Positions 51,701 to 64,000 of a DNA stretch of 64,000 bases are shown here, one piece after another. The notes under the pieces are model-generated. The model was not told the origin of the DNA. It did no database searches and was given only the letters and a program-made list of their open reading frames with translations. How positions within the stretch are numbered: the first letter of the stretch is position 1; each line of letters opens with the position of its first letter. The position numbers and the translations under genes were made by a program. The stretch comes from Utricularia gibba (lineage: Eukaryota; Plantae; Magnoliophyta): positions 3,286,001 through 3,350,000 of the forward strand of contig NEEC01000004.1 in the NCBI GenBank assembly GCA_002189035.1. Direction: 5' to 3'.

Positions 51701-53531
51701 GTTTTAACAGAATTTGAAAAGTGGATGACTAATAAGAAATTAGAGCATGCGGTAGTTGTATATCAATTAGACCACTTGTGTGGCTGAAAAAACCGCTGAG
51801 CACAGAAAGCAGTTGACAAGCACATAAATCAGTCAGACAAAGTTCCCTTATAAATAGGAGAACGATCAAAGACAAAGGGATTCAGCATTCTACACAACCC
51901 TTGTAAACTTCCTCTTTTCTTCTCACTCTTTCTCTAGTGGTTTTTCTATTCCGATGGTTTCCACGTTACAATTCTGTCATTTACCACTTTTTTTAATTTC
52001 ACTTGAAACCAAAATCTAAACCGGTAAAATGGATACAAAAACCCAGACTCACAACCTAAAATCGGATTCCTCTATAATACCAATTTCTGATCACAACAAA
52101 CTCTTACAATCCCATTATTTTATTGGAAGAAATGAGTAAAAACACACATAGTCAATACAAATTTGATGTAATATAGAGATCAACAAATAATTTTGGAAGT
52201 ATTCTTCATTTATTCTTTCTAAAGCTATTCTTTCTTTCCTAATCCACCACACTAGAGTTCTACTCATGATTAAGAGGTCGCTTGATAATAAGGTATTAGT
52301 ATGTTTAAATATAGTGTAATTAAGTATGCATATATTCAATTGTATATAACATTTGATATTCGAGAATAGAAGTTTGAGAATGTGAGTAATATAGATATAA
52401 TTAGCTCATTCTGGCATTTTTTGTATACTATCTATATATTCAAAAAATAAATACGTGAGTGGTATAGTCATACAAGGTTAATATATATATATATATACTA
52501 TTTAATTAAATAACAGTATATATGTACACTTACATATAAACCTTCTATACCCAACTATTAAACACCCTTTAAATAAAAACAAGTCCATGGTGATATATAG
52601 GAAATGAAAGTTTAAGCAGAAATAAATATACTTAGATCTCGCAAATGCAAGTCAATTAAATTCTATTTTGGTAATCCTTTTTCGACGTGAACATTGTCAC
52701 CTGGAGAAAATAGAATAAATGAACAAGAACACTATTCTTGTGTTTTGGGTTGAGGCCACTTCTTGTTCTTCTTTCTGACCTTGTTTCCCTTTCCACCCCT
52801 CTTGTCTAATATGGTTGAACACCATATATTTAATTTCCCTTGAAAATGTCTTTTTTTCTTCTTTACTTTTGTACAAAAATATACTTCATTTGACTTTCTT
52901 ATCTTTCTTCATTAGTAATTGTGTCTACCTTATTCTTATTTCTTTTTACTTTTTCTGTTATTGTCATTTTTTTCCTTCATGGAAAATCATCTTGTCATCT
53001 CTCATTTAGATTGTCATTAATTCTATCTAATAAGAAATTGCCTCTTTGATTTATCCATCCTTTTTTTCTTATTTTTCCCCTACCTTGTATTATGCATTAT
53101 CAAGTTATGGATGCAGATATTGATATGATAATTGCAGAAACCTTCTTTTTTTGATTGGCTATTCAGTTTATTTAGTTCATTTTTACATATAAAAAATAAA
53201 AATTATATGAAAATTTAAAAATTTAAAAATTAAAAATAAATCTCCCGATTTCTTTTCTAAAAACACACTGATTTTATGAGCTAAAATATTAAGCATGTAT
53301 TTTGTTCGTGTTAGCATATTGACTTGGGTTTAATTTAGTTGGGTTTAGATAAAAGGATTTTTTATGTTTAAAAGGTAATTTGTAGTTGATTTACAAGTAC
53401 AATTTATTTAGATTTAAAATTAAACATGTTTGGCAAATGGACATAAAACTTGGGTATTTGATAAATTCATATATGAAATTATCAATATATCATTATTCTA
53501 AAAAATCCCAATCCCTTTTTATATTACCCAT

Positions 53532-54640
53532 TGATAAACAAAAAATTATATAACATTATTAAATTGTAAATTCTTCTATCAAATAAATTTATAAACTTAA
53601 TATACATTCGAGCATAATACAATTATGAGCAAAGTGATTAGGATCGAACTCAAGGATTTAGTCCTTGTTATGTGAAAATCAATGCATTCAGTGGATGTAA
53701 CAAATAAAAGATTTAGTTTAAACTAAGATTAAGACAGCTCGACAATATAATGTAGAAAGACAATAAATAGGTAAAAGAAATTTGTTATCTAAAATCAATC
53801 AAGATGATGTATTGGAACTCTCAAAGGTAGTATGCTAATCTCTACAACTATCCCACCCAAACGTAAAATCATTCACCTAACAAACAAAGGTTAAAGTCTA
53901 TCCAAATCCTTGTTTTTTCCTAATTTTTGGTCTACCTCTAATTAGAGCTGTTCAAGATGAAAATCACTACCTCTCCTTTCTGAATCTATCTTGGTTTGTT
54001 AAGAAAGTAGAGTGATTAAATGGTAGTATAATCTAGTGAACAATAAGCATACTCATCCTTCTTTGTCCCAAGGTACCCCTAAGTGTCTAGCCACTCATAA
54101 TAAGGAAAACACTTTCATAAGATAACATGAAAACCATCTTCGTTCCATAACTTAACAGCAACAAAGAAACAACCAAACAAGCAGTGACTTGAATTGTAAA
54201 CAGTTGCATGAGAAAAAGAAAACTATTTTAAGTTGGGAGTAAAAATCTTCTTAAGCAAAAGAAATTTTCAAAATTGGCTTGGTTCTGGTTTGTCTTCTTC
54301 ATCCTCCATAGTTCTACTACAATTTTTCATCCTTCCTCCCCTCTCTAGAATTCTTTTCGTGTTCTCTAATGGGGAGATATATTCTTCTCACTCTCATCAT
54401 CACAAAAATCTTCTTTTTCTTCATCTTGGGATTTGGGTGTACTTGATTCAACTTTTTTCCATAACTCCTGAAACTTCATTGTTATCTTTCAGCTCCTTGG
54501 GATTTAGGTTGCTAACATATGCTGTATTACTCAAAAAAAAAAATATTAGAACTAAGGTTGGGAAAAAATCTATGATTTAGTCCCAATTAAGAGTAAAAGA
54601 CGCAAATATTATCGCTGATCACAAAAATGCAGAAATACAT
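53532..54640 (-). repeat. Eroded LTR, probable 5' LTR of the minus-strand element
   Basis: tgataaacaaaaaatt...ttcttctatcaaataaatttataaac...ttatgagcaaagtgattaggatcgaac matches 47442-47570; the far end fades near 54640. Confidence 0.7.
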
Positions 54641-54959
54641 GGTATATGTACATAATTGTTTGGGGGTCATAAATAACACATACATTGATATATGAGTAAG
54701 GACATCAAAAAGTGGAAAGTATAGAAATTAAAAGGATATGATATCAACAAATGTTTTAGAAGTGTGATAAGGAGATCAAATTTATATATTTGCTTGTCGA
54801 GGTAGAGGGATTTACGATAGATAGTTGAGTACTAAATGATGCATTCTCAAGGTTAGATGACTATTCATATATGCCTAGTTATTTAATGTGTGCGGTCTTT
54901 TTATGTAATTTTGATCATTTAGTTTAAGAATTTAATAGCACATATGATGACACAAAAAC

Positions 54960-55230
54960 CATCTATCTATGTGATAATGGGTACGTTAACAAGAAAGGAT
55001 TCATGTTGCCATACAAAGGTATATGTTGTCACTTGAAAGATTGGGGAGAGTTAAGCCAAGTTCTTCATAATGCAAAAGAGCTCATCAACATGCCATATCA
55101 GCCACATAGAATGAGTATGGAGTATACTATGGTCTACTAGCTATTATTCGTAAGTATGTAAAGTAAAACAATAATGTGCATTGTTCCACAACCTTATTTG
55201 GAAGGAGCTGATCATCAATCCTTTCGATAA
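54960..55230 (+). mobile_element. PIF/Harbinger transposase fragment (a different subtype from 13700-14590)
   Basis: YLCDNGYVNKKGFMLPYKGICCHLKDWG...NAKELINM...CALFHNLI. Confidence 0.8.
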
Positions 55231-56784
55231 TGATGTTAAGTGTGATTTTTCCATCACCTTTTATGCTTTTTTCCATATTTAAATATAATTAAAGTTGTTT
55301 AATCAGAAGTTTATAATATAAGTTTTAGGTTTTATTTACATTAGGATAATTATCTTTATTTTTATGTTTTATCTAATCTTTTTATTAGTTTAGTTGTATT
55401 TAAGTATGGTTAAAAGGCTATAAGTGATAGAAGGTGGAAAAAAGAAGAAATACAAGATAATAAATGAGCTACTTTACTCCATAAAACATCTCCCGTAATT
55501 TTGAGAAGAATGCATGATTCTATAATGAGCCTTAGCATGTGGGACATGGTTGTGGCTGATAGAAGAAAATATGATTGTGTAGCAGTATCAAAACAACAAT
55601 AGTATTTTGTGCATGACACTCAAAGACAATAACAAAATTTATGGTAAAGCAAGGGCAAATAAAAAAAATACTCTCTTTCGAGTTTTAGTTTGATTTCATT
55701 TTTGCATCTCTTTATAAATTATTGGTCTTCTCTTAAACTTTGTTTTACTTTTCATGTTTTGTATGACTGTTTGTGGTTAAAAACCCTTCGTTTCTGGGTT
55801 AGGAGACTTTTACTTCTATGTTTCATTAATATTTCTCCATTTCTTCTCTGAATTAGATTAGGTTTCATATGTCTCTACTTGAATATAATGCAATCTTTTT
55901 GTAACAACCCCTATTCAAGATTCATGAGTAGTCGGTCATTGCCTACGAGTTTTGAAGAGAAGTATGATAAAAAAACACCAATTTACACCTTCTTCATTTA
56001 AGGGAGACAACATTTTGTTTGTGCTCGTATTGGGACCATTGGTTCATTAGCAGTACTTGCGCACATTTGCACAATTCAATCGTGAAAATAATTGACAGCT
56101 GGACTACTTATCTTTCCATTTGTCTATAGGCTACATTGAACAATTCTATACCTCCTTTCAAGAGATTTTAAGGGAAGATAGTTAATTCCTCATTCATATA
56201 ACAAAATACTCAAGAGAATTAGAGAAGAGTGGAGAAAGAGGAGTGGAGATATAACAAACATGGTTGTGAAGGATTCTAATCCCAAGAACAATTATTTTAA
56301 TTAAGGTCATCGTTTAAGTTATGCTTATGTTGTTTATCTTATAGTGACTTTACTCAAGTTTCTTTTACAACCCCATTTACAAAGTCGTGAAACTTATATT
56401 TGGTTTAAATTTCATTTTTCTTTAGAAAATCGACTCTCTGTGATCGATAGTTACTATGCTTTAGCATATTACATTTTTAAAATCTCTTAAAATTTTTTGT
56501 GAAATGACATGTATCAGATGAGGTGTCCTTGAAAATCCAAAATGTAGCTAGAGATATGGATGACAACACAGTTGGTATCACCTCAAGCAAAGCGTGCAAT
56601 GCTTGGCACAATGAGCATGATGATGTGATGTACAACAATTGGCTCGCAACTTGTTGATGACACTAGGTGAATGAACTTATTATGTATATATTTGTATCTA
56701 ATTACAACATTGTTGTTTTTTGCAATTGAAAATTTATGTTTTCATGGGTTGACTAGATAGATTAAATATTGTCTTATTACAAAG

Positions 56785-57390
56785 CTACCTTGTTAGATTT
56801 GTTACGTGAACATTGTTTGCAATAGGTAAAAGCATCGGATGTAGGGTGATATTAGATATACCATACATTTGCATGAATACCACGTTTCCTAGTTGTTGGT
56901 AGTTATAGAAAGTACCATGTTCCATATCATTAGGTTTTTCGGATAATTTGGAAGAATGTGCATGTAACATAATACTATGTAACACTTTATTTGGTGTTTC
57001 TCTTTTTAAAAAAATAAAATAAAATAAGTTTTTTCTTATCATAGTGTGCCTCCCGCCAATGACAAGAGAATTGATATGATTTCGCATGAAGCACTACAAC
57101 GTCATTATTTGATCTTCAAGAGACCAGTAAGATTGTAAAAGCCTTATGTATTGGCTACATATGATAATATTGTTCTTTTCTTGGGCAATATGTTGTAGTG
57201 AACAATTGCACAATATTATCCAGTGGTTAAAGTACCTTAAGTTGCTATGAAACTTATCTTTCAATAGGATGGATCCAAAACATATGACGCTTGTCCACCC
57301 GTGCATGATAGTAAAATTAATATTGTTAAGGTCAAGATGTTGAGTCAATTGTAGGCTGCCAACGACTCCAAAGGCAAATTTTTGCATGTC
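56785..57390 (-). mobile_element. Probable Harbinger transposase N-terminal relic
   Basis: Frameshifted RVDKR-CFGSIL, LQHIAQEKNNII, NKVLHSIM...LSEKP resemble RMDRxxF / FLHILAHxxKNR / VLxAILxLHxxLLxKP; weak. Confidence 0.4.
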
Positions 57391-57479
57391 GTTTCTAAAT
57401 TGCTAATTTTTCATATCAAATACATTTATCAATCCAATCAATCAAAATCATTTCAAACACAAAGTATATAATGATAAAA

Positions 57480-58500
57480 TTGGGGTCAATCACAAGAAAC
57501 AAGTGCTTGCTATGTATTTTACCCAAATGCAAGATCACAAAGTAAATTTTATCCTTAGTCCAAGGTCAAAATAACAATAATATGCAAATTTACTAATTAA
57601 AATCAAATCACAATGTAAAAAATAACAAATGCTAGTTCTATGCACTAAATAGTACAAAGATGTCTTAAGGTAGTTTGGGTGATGTGATATTTAAGTTCTT
57701 AATCTAATGCACAATTTGTTTATATGTACACTCTGAGCAACCTAAGTTATCCTTACGCAATTCACATTTAGATCTACTCATGTGTCAAATGTATAGAACT
57801 AGATTTATCCGATTCTACTATATCCACAACTACCAACTATACATGTCTTGATTCATTGATCTAACTCTGAATCAAGGGTATGAGTTGCAATGCAGTTCGC
57901 TTCCCCTTACTCCCTAGGTTTACTCGAAGAATGTTAGAAATGAACTACTAATATACACGATTATATATTATCTAGAAAATCCTAAACTACATCATTGTTA
58001 TACACCATAATGCTCTATAAAGTCTAGTCAATCATATGTGATAAGTAAAGTATGATTTCATAAACTAAAGAAAATATCAGAGACATTGTAAAAAAAAAAT
58101 AGTCACAAAAACAAGTACAAAATATATCACAAGTTAACAAGTACAAGAAAAATAATTGATTGCAATTTAAATATTTAGAGCATAAGCTAACAAATACAAA
58201 AACAAACCACAAGAAGGTCATTTATCTTCTCAAAATTCACAAAGTCTACAAGCAGAAAAATATATCACAAGTTTTTCAAAGTTGGGGATCAAATGTAAGG
58301 CTACAAACAATAAATTCTCTCTTGCAATCACTTGGTTCAACCTCATAGGGTTAGAACTAATCATTTGTGATATGGTAAAGTGTTGCATAATAGATAGTTG
58401 TACCACTACTAACCCTCAGATGATGCAGCGCCATACGTCTACACATTTAGCTCATCCATTTGGTGTGAGAAATATATAGACTCATTAGACTTTTATAAAG
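57480..58500 (-). mobile_element. Eroded gypsy LTR / 3' UTR remnant
   Basis: Non-coding, with LTR-like vocabulary shared with the neighbouring LTRs (caagtgcttgctatgt, ccttagtccaagg); ends unresolved. Confidence 0.4.
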
Positions 58501-59997
58501 TTATGATACATGGAAATATTTAAATCTTCCATTGGATACATGTTCACCAACAACTAATAATTTCTTTAATAAGACATCATAGAGGCAAAGCACTGTGTGC
58601 ATCACCTATTGACAATAACAAGATATATTCTCACTACTTCTCATAGTAATATTCTTTTACACTCACAATTTTTTATAGTGAGATAGAATTTTTAAAAACA
58701 TGCAAATCATATTCACTACCATTACATATTTCCTAGCCTCAACAACCTTCCAATAGACCATATAATATCTCAAAAGTATCTTTACTAATTCTCAAATTCT
58801 CTATTAATGTCCATTTATATTGGTAACCAATCTACTTTTATATTTAACTTGCTTAAGAATCTTGTCTATAAAAAAATATCTACGTCTTATCATATATCTA
58901 CACGATAATGTTTCAAATACAAGTATATTAATACATTCATCTAAAGTAAGTATTGTGTTGATATCAGCACAATTGCATTCAAGATGATATGACACTTTTG
59001 CAAAAAACTCATGTCATCCACAACATCAAAGATGAGAAAACCCATGAATAAAAAAAAATACATAATCCTGAAATAAATCACATAATGCAATGTTGGTGGA
59101 GAAAACCCATGAAAACCTCCCAAGCAAACGCATCTTTAGAAAATAGGTGTCATCACCGTTTTCACTATCTCTCAATATGTGACTATTGATATACCTCAAA
59201 TATGGTGACTAGATCAAAAAGATTTTGAAATACATCGAGTTAGAAGCTGCTTTTCTATTTTCTGTAGTTCAACTTATGCTACACATCTTATTGAAATTTT
59301 TGGCATGCTCCTCTATAGAATTGCTGCAACTATACATAAAGTCTCCCCCGAAGCTCAGTAGTTACCAAGTGTATTTATTGATTTTTAGGGGTTTTCTTAA
59401 ACCACTTATATACAATCAAATTTTGAAAACTTGGATCATTATTATAAATGAAATGAGGAAATTATGTCAAAAACTCCAACATTTAACAATTTGACAAAAT
59501 TAGTTTTTAATTTTTAACATAAATTGTGTATTTCATTCCTAATGATAAAATTGATTTTTAAAATATTGCGTTTTGAGTATAATCAATCTCTAAAATTCAT
59601 CTATAATCAATTTCTAAAATTTATATTTTAATTTTTTTAATTTTTTACTATTAAATATTAAATATAATTAATTTTTTATATTCAAAAAATAGCTACAATT
59701 AGTTAGAAACTTATTAATTTTTTAACAATTATAAATTACTATGTCAAATTAAATCCACATTTGGTATTAAATTGTTAAGAACCAATTTTACTACCATTTG
59801 AAACAGATGAGAATTAATTACGCTAAATGGATCACTTTTATAATGTTCAAGAAATGTGAGAATCCAGGACACGAATCGGCCATATAGAAATGATTTCTTG
59901 TAGTTATTGAATGATTGGGATCCCACAAAACGGGGAAGAAAATCGTGTCACGACATGACGGATTAACACACAGCTCCCCCATCCTTGGTTTTGGCAG

Positions 59998-60044
59998 AGT
60001 CAATGCCCGAACCTACTTCTCTCTCTCCAGGTTCGTTCTTGACT
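59998..60044 (-). promoter_or_regulatory. Conserved HD-ZIP IV 3'UTR paired motifs forming an RNA stem-loop
   Basis: mRNA sense AGUCAAGAACGAACC - 16-nt purine-rich loop - GGUUCGGGCAUUGACU. AGUCAA/UUGACU and CGAACC/GGUUCG are perfect complements. It lies ~100 nt after the stop. Confidence 0.85.
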
Positions 60045-60146
60045 GCTCCTCATTTCTCACACATCCTGCATTGCATTGTCTTCGGTAATGGGGCTCATGA
60101 ATGATTGAAACTTCATCTTTTACCTTGAGGGGCAACACAGATTTGA

Positions 60147-63100
60147 TCATGCCCCCTCGCAGAGGACTGCACCTTTGATCCTCTCCACAGTACACTTGAT
60201 GAGGTTGTTGACGGTTGCGATTGAACCCAGAGATAGCTTAGCGCTGGGTACGGAGTCGACGAGTATCTGAAATGCGACGGTGAGCAGCGAGCTACCGGAG
60301 CCGACGTCGGGGTTGCCACCGGCGGGTCCATTAGGCCCATCCGGGAGAATTGCGAAGCCCGATGGAAGCAGAGCAACGTAGTCGGGATCACCCCCACCGA
60401 GAACCATGTTCATTGCATCGATGTCAACGGGAGCGTAGATGACGTAGGACCCTGTTGAATCGGTGCTGCTCTCCTGGAGTATCAGCATGTTGCTCTGGCT
60501 CGAGTTTGTGCTCTGCATTTTATAGATGTTGTTGCTGCTTGTTATTGGTTTGATCCTTGAGCAGCAGTGTGGGAAAAAGAGACGCTTACATTGACGCGGA
60601 GCAACGACACGGCGTTGCTTGGATCACCACCGTTGGAGATGTGCGCTATTTGTTGAACAAGGCCACCGTTCGATAGAATGTCCCACTGCAAGATACAGCA
60701 AATATCAATGCATCTTCGATGAGAAAAAAAGAAGGGAGTATGCTATGTGAAGAAACCTCGCTTCTTGAGTTCTCATCTTTGAGGAAATGGAAGACTCTGT
60801 TGGGAGGAACAGGGAGCCAAAATGAGGTTGCAGCACTGAGGACGATGCCCGGTGGCCGGCCAGGATCGTCGATGCTCTTGCGAGTCATGACACGAACATC
60901 ATCTGCTCCGCTGCCAGAAAGTGTTGTCCAAGTGTGGGCAGTGGAGGCTCCAACACCATTGCAGAAGCTCATGACCATCCGCTCTGCCAGCTTCAGCATG
61001 CTCTTTCTTCCCTCCGGAGACGTTACCACTGTGCACATCTATTCCAGTCAGCAGCTTTCATGGCATCATATGAGCTAACAAGTTCAAAGTTGTGAATTTT
61101 ATGGTCCACCTCCTCCTCCAGCAGGGTGGTTGTTTTCCATGAAGCTAGCGAGGCGTGCGCATTGTCTTCGGAGTGTTGCCACCCACCGTTTCGCTCCGAA
61201 GGCGAGCCCGGAGTTGACTAGTAGCTTGTAGATGCTGTGAACAGCTCTGTCATCAACCTCTGCATGTTCTACCCAAGTGACCTGAAATCAAGATATGCAT
61301 CAGCAAACTAATGATGGCTTTTCCTAAGACATTGGAACCATTCTAAAGCAAGGTTGTGAACCTTAGAGCAGCCATTTGGAAGCTCTTGGATCAGGCAACC
61401 TGAAGGCCGTCTCCGGTATCTCGGAACGGCGGTTGATTGGAGGTTGTCTAGAGAAACATCGACGACAGCCCAAGTTCCATCCGGATGCTGTTTACAGTAC
61501 CTTACGAAGTAGTTTTCTCTGGTGGGAACTAGCGGTGATGGAACCTGAAACTCTGCTGTCATCTGAATCACAATTCACCGCAATATTAGAGAAACTAGGA
61601 GTTGGACTCTGGCAGACAGGATTGGATGAAAACGAGAATCTCTCTTTGTTTACCACTTGAAAAGCTCCATTATAGTTGCCTGCAACCCCTGTAGACAGCA
61701 CTTCAATAGTTGCTGCTCTTGATATTATGCTCGAGAAAATACTAGACCATTGATTCTACAAGCGAATCAGAGGCAATAAAGCATTTTGTAAGATTTAGGA
61801 TCCAAGAAGTAACAACTGATCAGAGATCAAACAAAGCTTCTCACCACATCCATCAAGATTTCCACAAGGTTCATGTGATTCATGATCACAACTGCTGATT
61901 CTCTTGAAGCTTCACTTTTCATTCCCAGAGGCTTAGGCATGAGTCCACGGGAGAAACTCCGAATGTACTCATCATCACTGAGAGTCTCCGATAAGCCATC
62001 TGGTCCAGGAATCCACAGTGGCTCACCACTCTGTGCCATTCTGATTAGCTCTTCCATTGCTGCAACGGCTAACTCAATCATCATAGTCTTGTCAGCCTCC
62101 GTTTGCCCTGATACCGACCGGAGAAGATCTGCAGCACCGTATCTTTCCGCGGTCAAGCCAGTTTGCTGTCTGAAATTGCCTACCCCAAAGTCAAGGGAAG
62201 CATTTGCTCCAGCAGGAAGATGAGGATAAGATAGCATTGGCTTGCCAACACACTTCGCAGCAATTCCTGATATCCTATCAATCTGTGAATGAATCAATGA
62301 TTTGTGATCAAAAACACCCTCGAAAATCATTCTATTCCATTCCATAGCCATTAATGAATCACACCTCTTCCCTCAAGTGACCGTTTTCGATCCTGAGATG
62401 CTGCTCATCGAACGACATCTCACCAATGTTAGCTGGTCCTCCACAGTTAGGACAAGCAGCATTGGTTAATGCATCCTTGTACCGCATATTCTCAGCTAGA
62501 AGCTTCTCATTCTCCATCCTCAGTTGCGAATTCTCGTGACGTTCATGTTGAGCCTGGATGTGTTTCATTCAAACCACCATTAGCAGAAACTCAAATGCAA
62601 AGGTAATCCACTGCGCATAAATTGCTCAAGGGCACAAACCAACTAATAAAAGAAATGTCACCTTCATTTGTGTACGTTTATTCTGAAACCAAAACTTGAT
62701 TTGCAGAGGCTCCAGTCCTAACCTCCGACCGAGATCCTTTCTTTGCTTGTCATCAGGATGAGGACACTCGTTGAAGAACCTGACCCAGCACATAAAAAAA
62801 CCCAAAACTACACTTAACTATGACTTCATTTCATCAAAAAAGCAACCATAGCTCCTAACCTTGCTTTGTTAGCGCACCGTTTTACGTGTTTTTAGGATAC
62901 ATTTCACTTCATATTATGTGGAACCCCATAGCAAACCCTCATAAGCAAAAGTAAGCATATTTTTCATTATCATAACTAGCAAAAACCCCAGTACAGAACA
63001 TTCTGCATCACGAATTTACTATTACTGCATTCCACCATCAAATTAGCATATTTTTTCCACTCATTAAAACCAAGAATCCGATGTTTACAATGGCTTCATT

Positions 63101-63345
63101 TTGGTGAGCAAAACAAATCAAACTTACGCTTCCATTTCTTGGATCTGATGCTGAGTGTGCCGATGATAACGCTTCTTCTTGCTCGGCCGATGATTTGGAT
63201 CTTTACCATCTTCGCCATCCATGATATCCGTACCTGATTTGCTCTCATACTCATCGTCTCCCGTTATCAAATCCAAATCATTCTCTGGAGCTTTATGGAG
63301 CTGTTTGTGGCTGCTTAGACTATCAAATATGCTCGGCTGAAACAT
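60147..63345 (-). CDS. ATML1/PDF2: Class IV HD-ZIP transcription factor (homeodomain, zipper-loop-zipper, START, SAD), ATML1/PDF2 type, 10 coding exons
   Basis: Exons 63345-63128, 62779-62662, 62553-62365, 62282-61845, 61755-61654, 61562-61362, 61281-61110, 61028-60757, 60685-60590, 60512-60147. Motifs: [79 protein letters not shown]. An acceptor at 63362 implies a 5'UTR intron. Confidence 0.95.
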
Positions 63346-64000
63346 TCCCCCCGCAGACGCCACTGAAAAAACAAAAGATACTTCGGTAAGCCAAAAGGCT
63401 ACATTTTTTATTTCTTGAGTGAAACTGTAAAAAGCTGCTAACTTTGAGCTCGAGATCTTATTCGGATATGTGGTAACTTTTTTTTCAATTAACCCTAGTG
63501 GTAAAAAGTGTTAAAAAAGAAAGGGCTTTGGCTTAGGGAGCATTCAAATATACAAACAGCAGAGTAGGTTTACCGAAATTTTTAAAAAAAATTGTGCGCC
63601 TATACACGTGCTTGAAACTTGAAAGGGAGCTCACTCACCGGAGGAAGGCCGATGCATTAGTTGGCGGGATAGCTTCTCCGGTCGCTCGGAAAGTTCAACG
63701 ATATTGATATATCTAAAGACCTACTTGGGTTTTGAACGATGAGAAGATTCCTTGTATCTGCTTTTTTCTTCCCCACTTTTTGTTTTCATATGCGGTTTCA
63801 AAGTGCAAAAAAAAAAAAAAAAAAGAGAATTCACTATCTTGCGCCCAAAAGACTAGAAGGAGAAAACAAACGCTTTGACATTACTCAAAAAGCCTGCTCG
63901 TTCTTCACTACCCACAAGTGAAAGCTGCCCAATCCACACAAAGAAACAAAACATAAAACCACCCGCAGAAACCCTAACGGATCATCATCAGAAGATCAGG

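Larger units (their letters stand above)
47442..54640 (-). mobile_element. Second Athila-like element in opposite orientation, apparently lacking gag-pol
   Basis: Related LTRs at 47442-48200 and ~53532-54640. TTGAGGACAAG-type pre-PPT sequence near 48225. Only the extra ORF is recognisable internally. PBS not recognisable and outer end eroded, so it may be a composite. Confidence 0.6.

Noticed and set aside
51235-51787. Plus-strand ORFs of 149, 117 and 75 aa
   Set aside because: Antisense shadows of the Glu/Lys-rich minus-strand Athila ORF
54700-59500. Missing 3' LTR of the 37838 Athila element
   Set aside because: No sequence matching 37838-39031 found; only 3'UTR-like sequence near 54700-54880
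63346-64000. L1 box (TAAATGYA) autoregulatory site for the HD-ZIP IV gene
   Set aside because: No exact match seen; this stretch is probably 5'UTR intron, and the promoter likely lies beyond the window
1-64000. tRNA, rRNA, snoRNA, CRISPR arrays, telomeric arrays, organellar insertions
   Set aside because: None recognised. TTCGA motifs occur only in LTRs without a cloverleaf, and CCCTAAA occurs only singly. Small ncRNAs cannot be excluded without Infernal/tRNAscan.

Overview
Eudicot plant nuclear DNA. It holds four intact multi-exon genes: starch synthase III (3386-10557, +), Derlin-2 (16297-18242, +), patatin-like phospholipase A I (35655-29815, -) and an ATML1/PDF2-type HD-ZIP IV (63345-60147, -). 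Two transposon-rich islands separate them. Island 1 (~19.5-29.0 kb) lies inside a shattered PPR gene resembling mitoribosomal PPR336/rPPR1. It is a Ty1/copia host carrying (a) a structurally complete copia element whose LTRs end TA...TA rather than TG...CA and (b) a non-autonomous hAT element that itself carries a gypsy solo LTR. Island 2 (~36.5-59.5 kb) is a stack of Athila-type gypsy elements and LTRs, including a close inverted LTR pair, plus PIF/Harbinger relics. Smaller items are a degenerate TRIM, a UPRE-like motif before Derlin, and the conserved HD-ZIP IV 3'UTR stem-loop. I found no rRNA, tRNA, CRISPR array or organellar insert, and no wholly new enzymatic system. Boundaries, splice sites and counts were read by hand, and family assignments rest on remembered motifs that need database confirmation.
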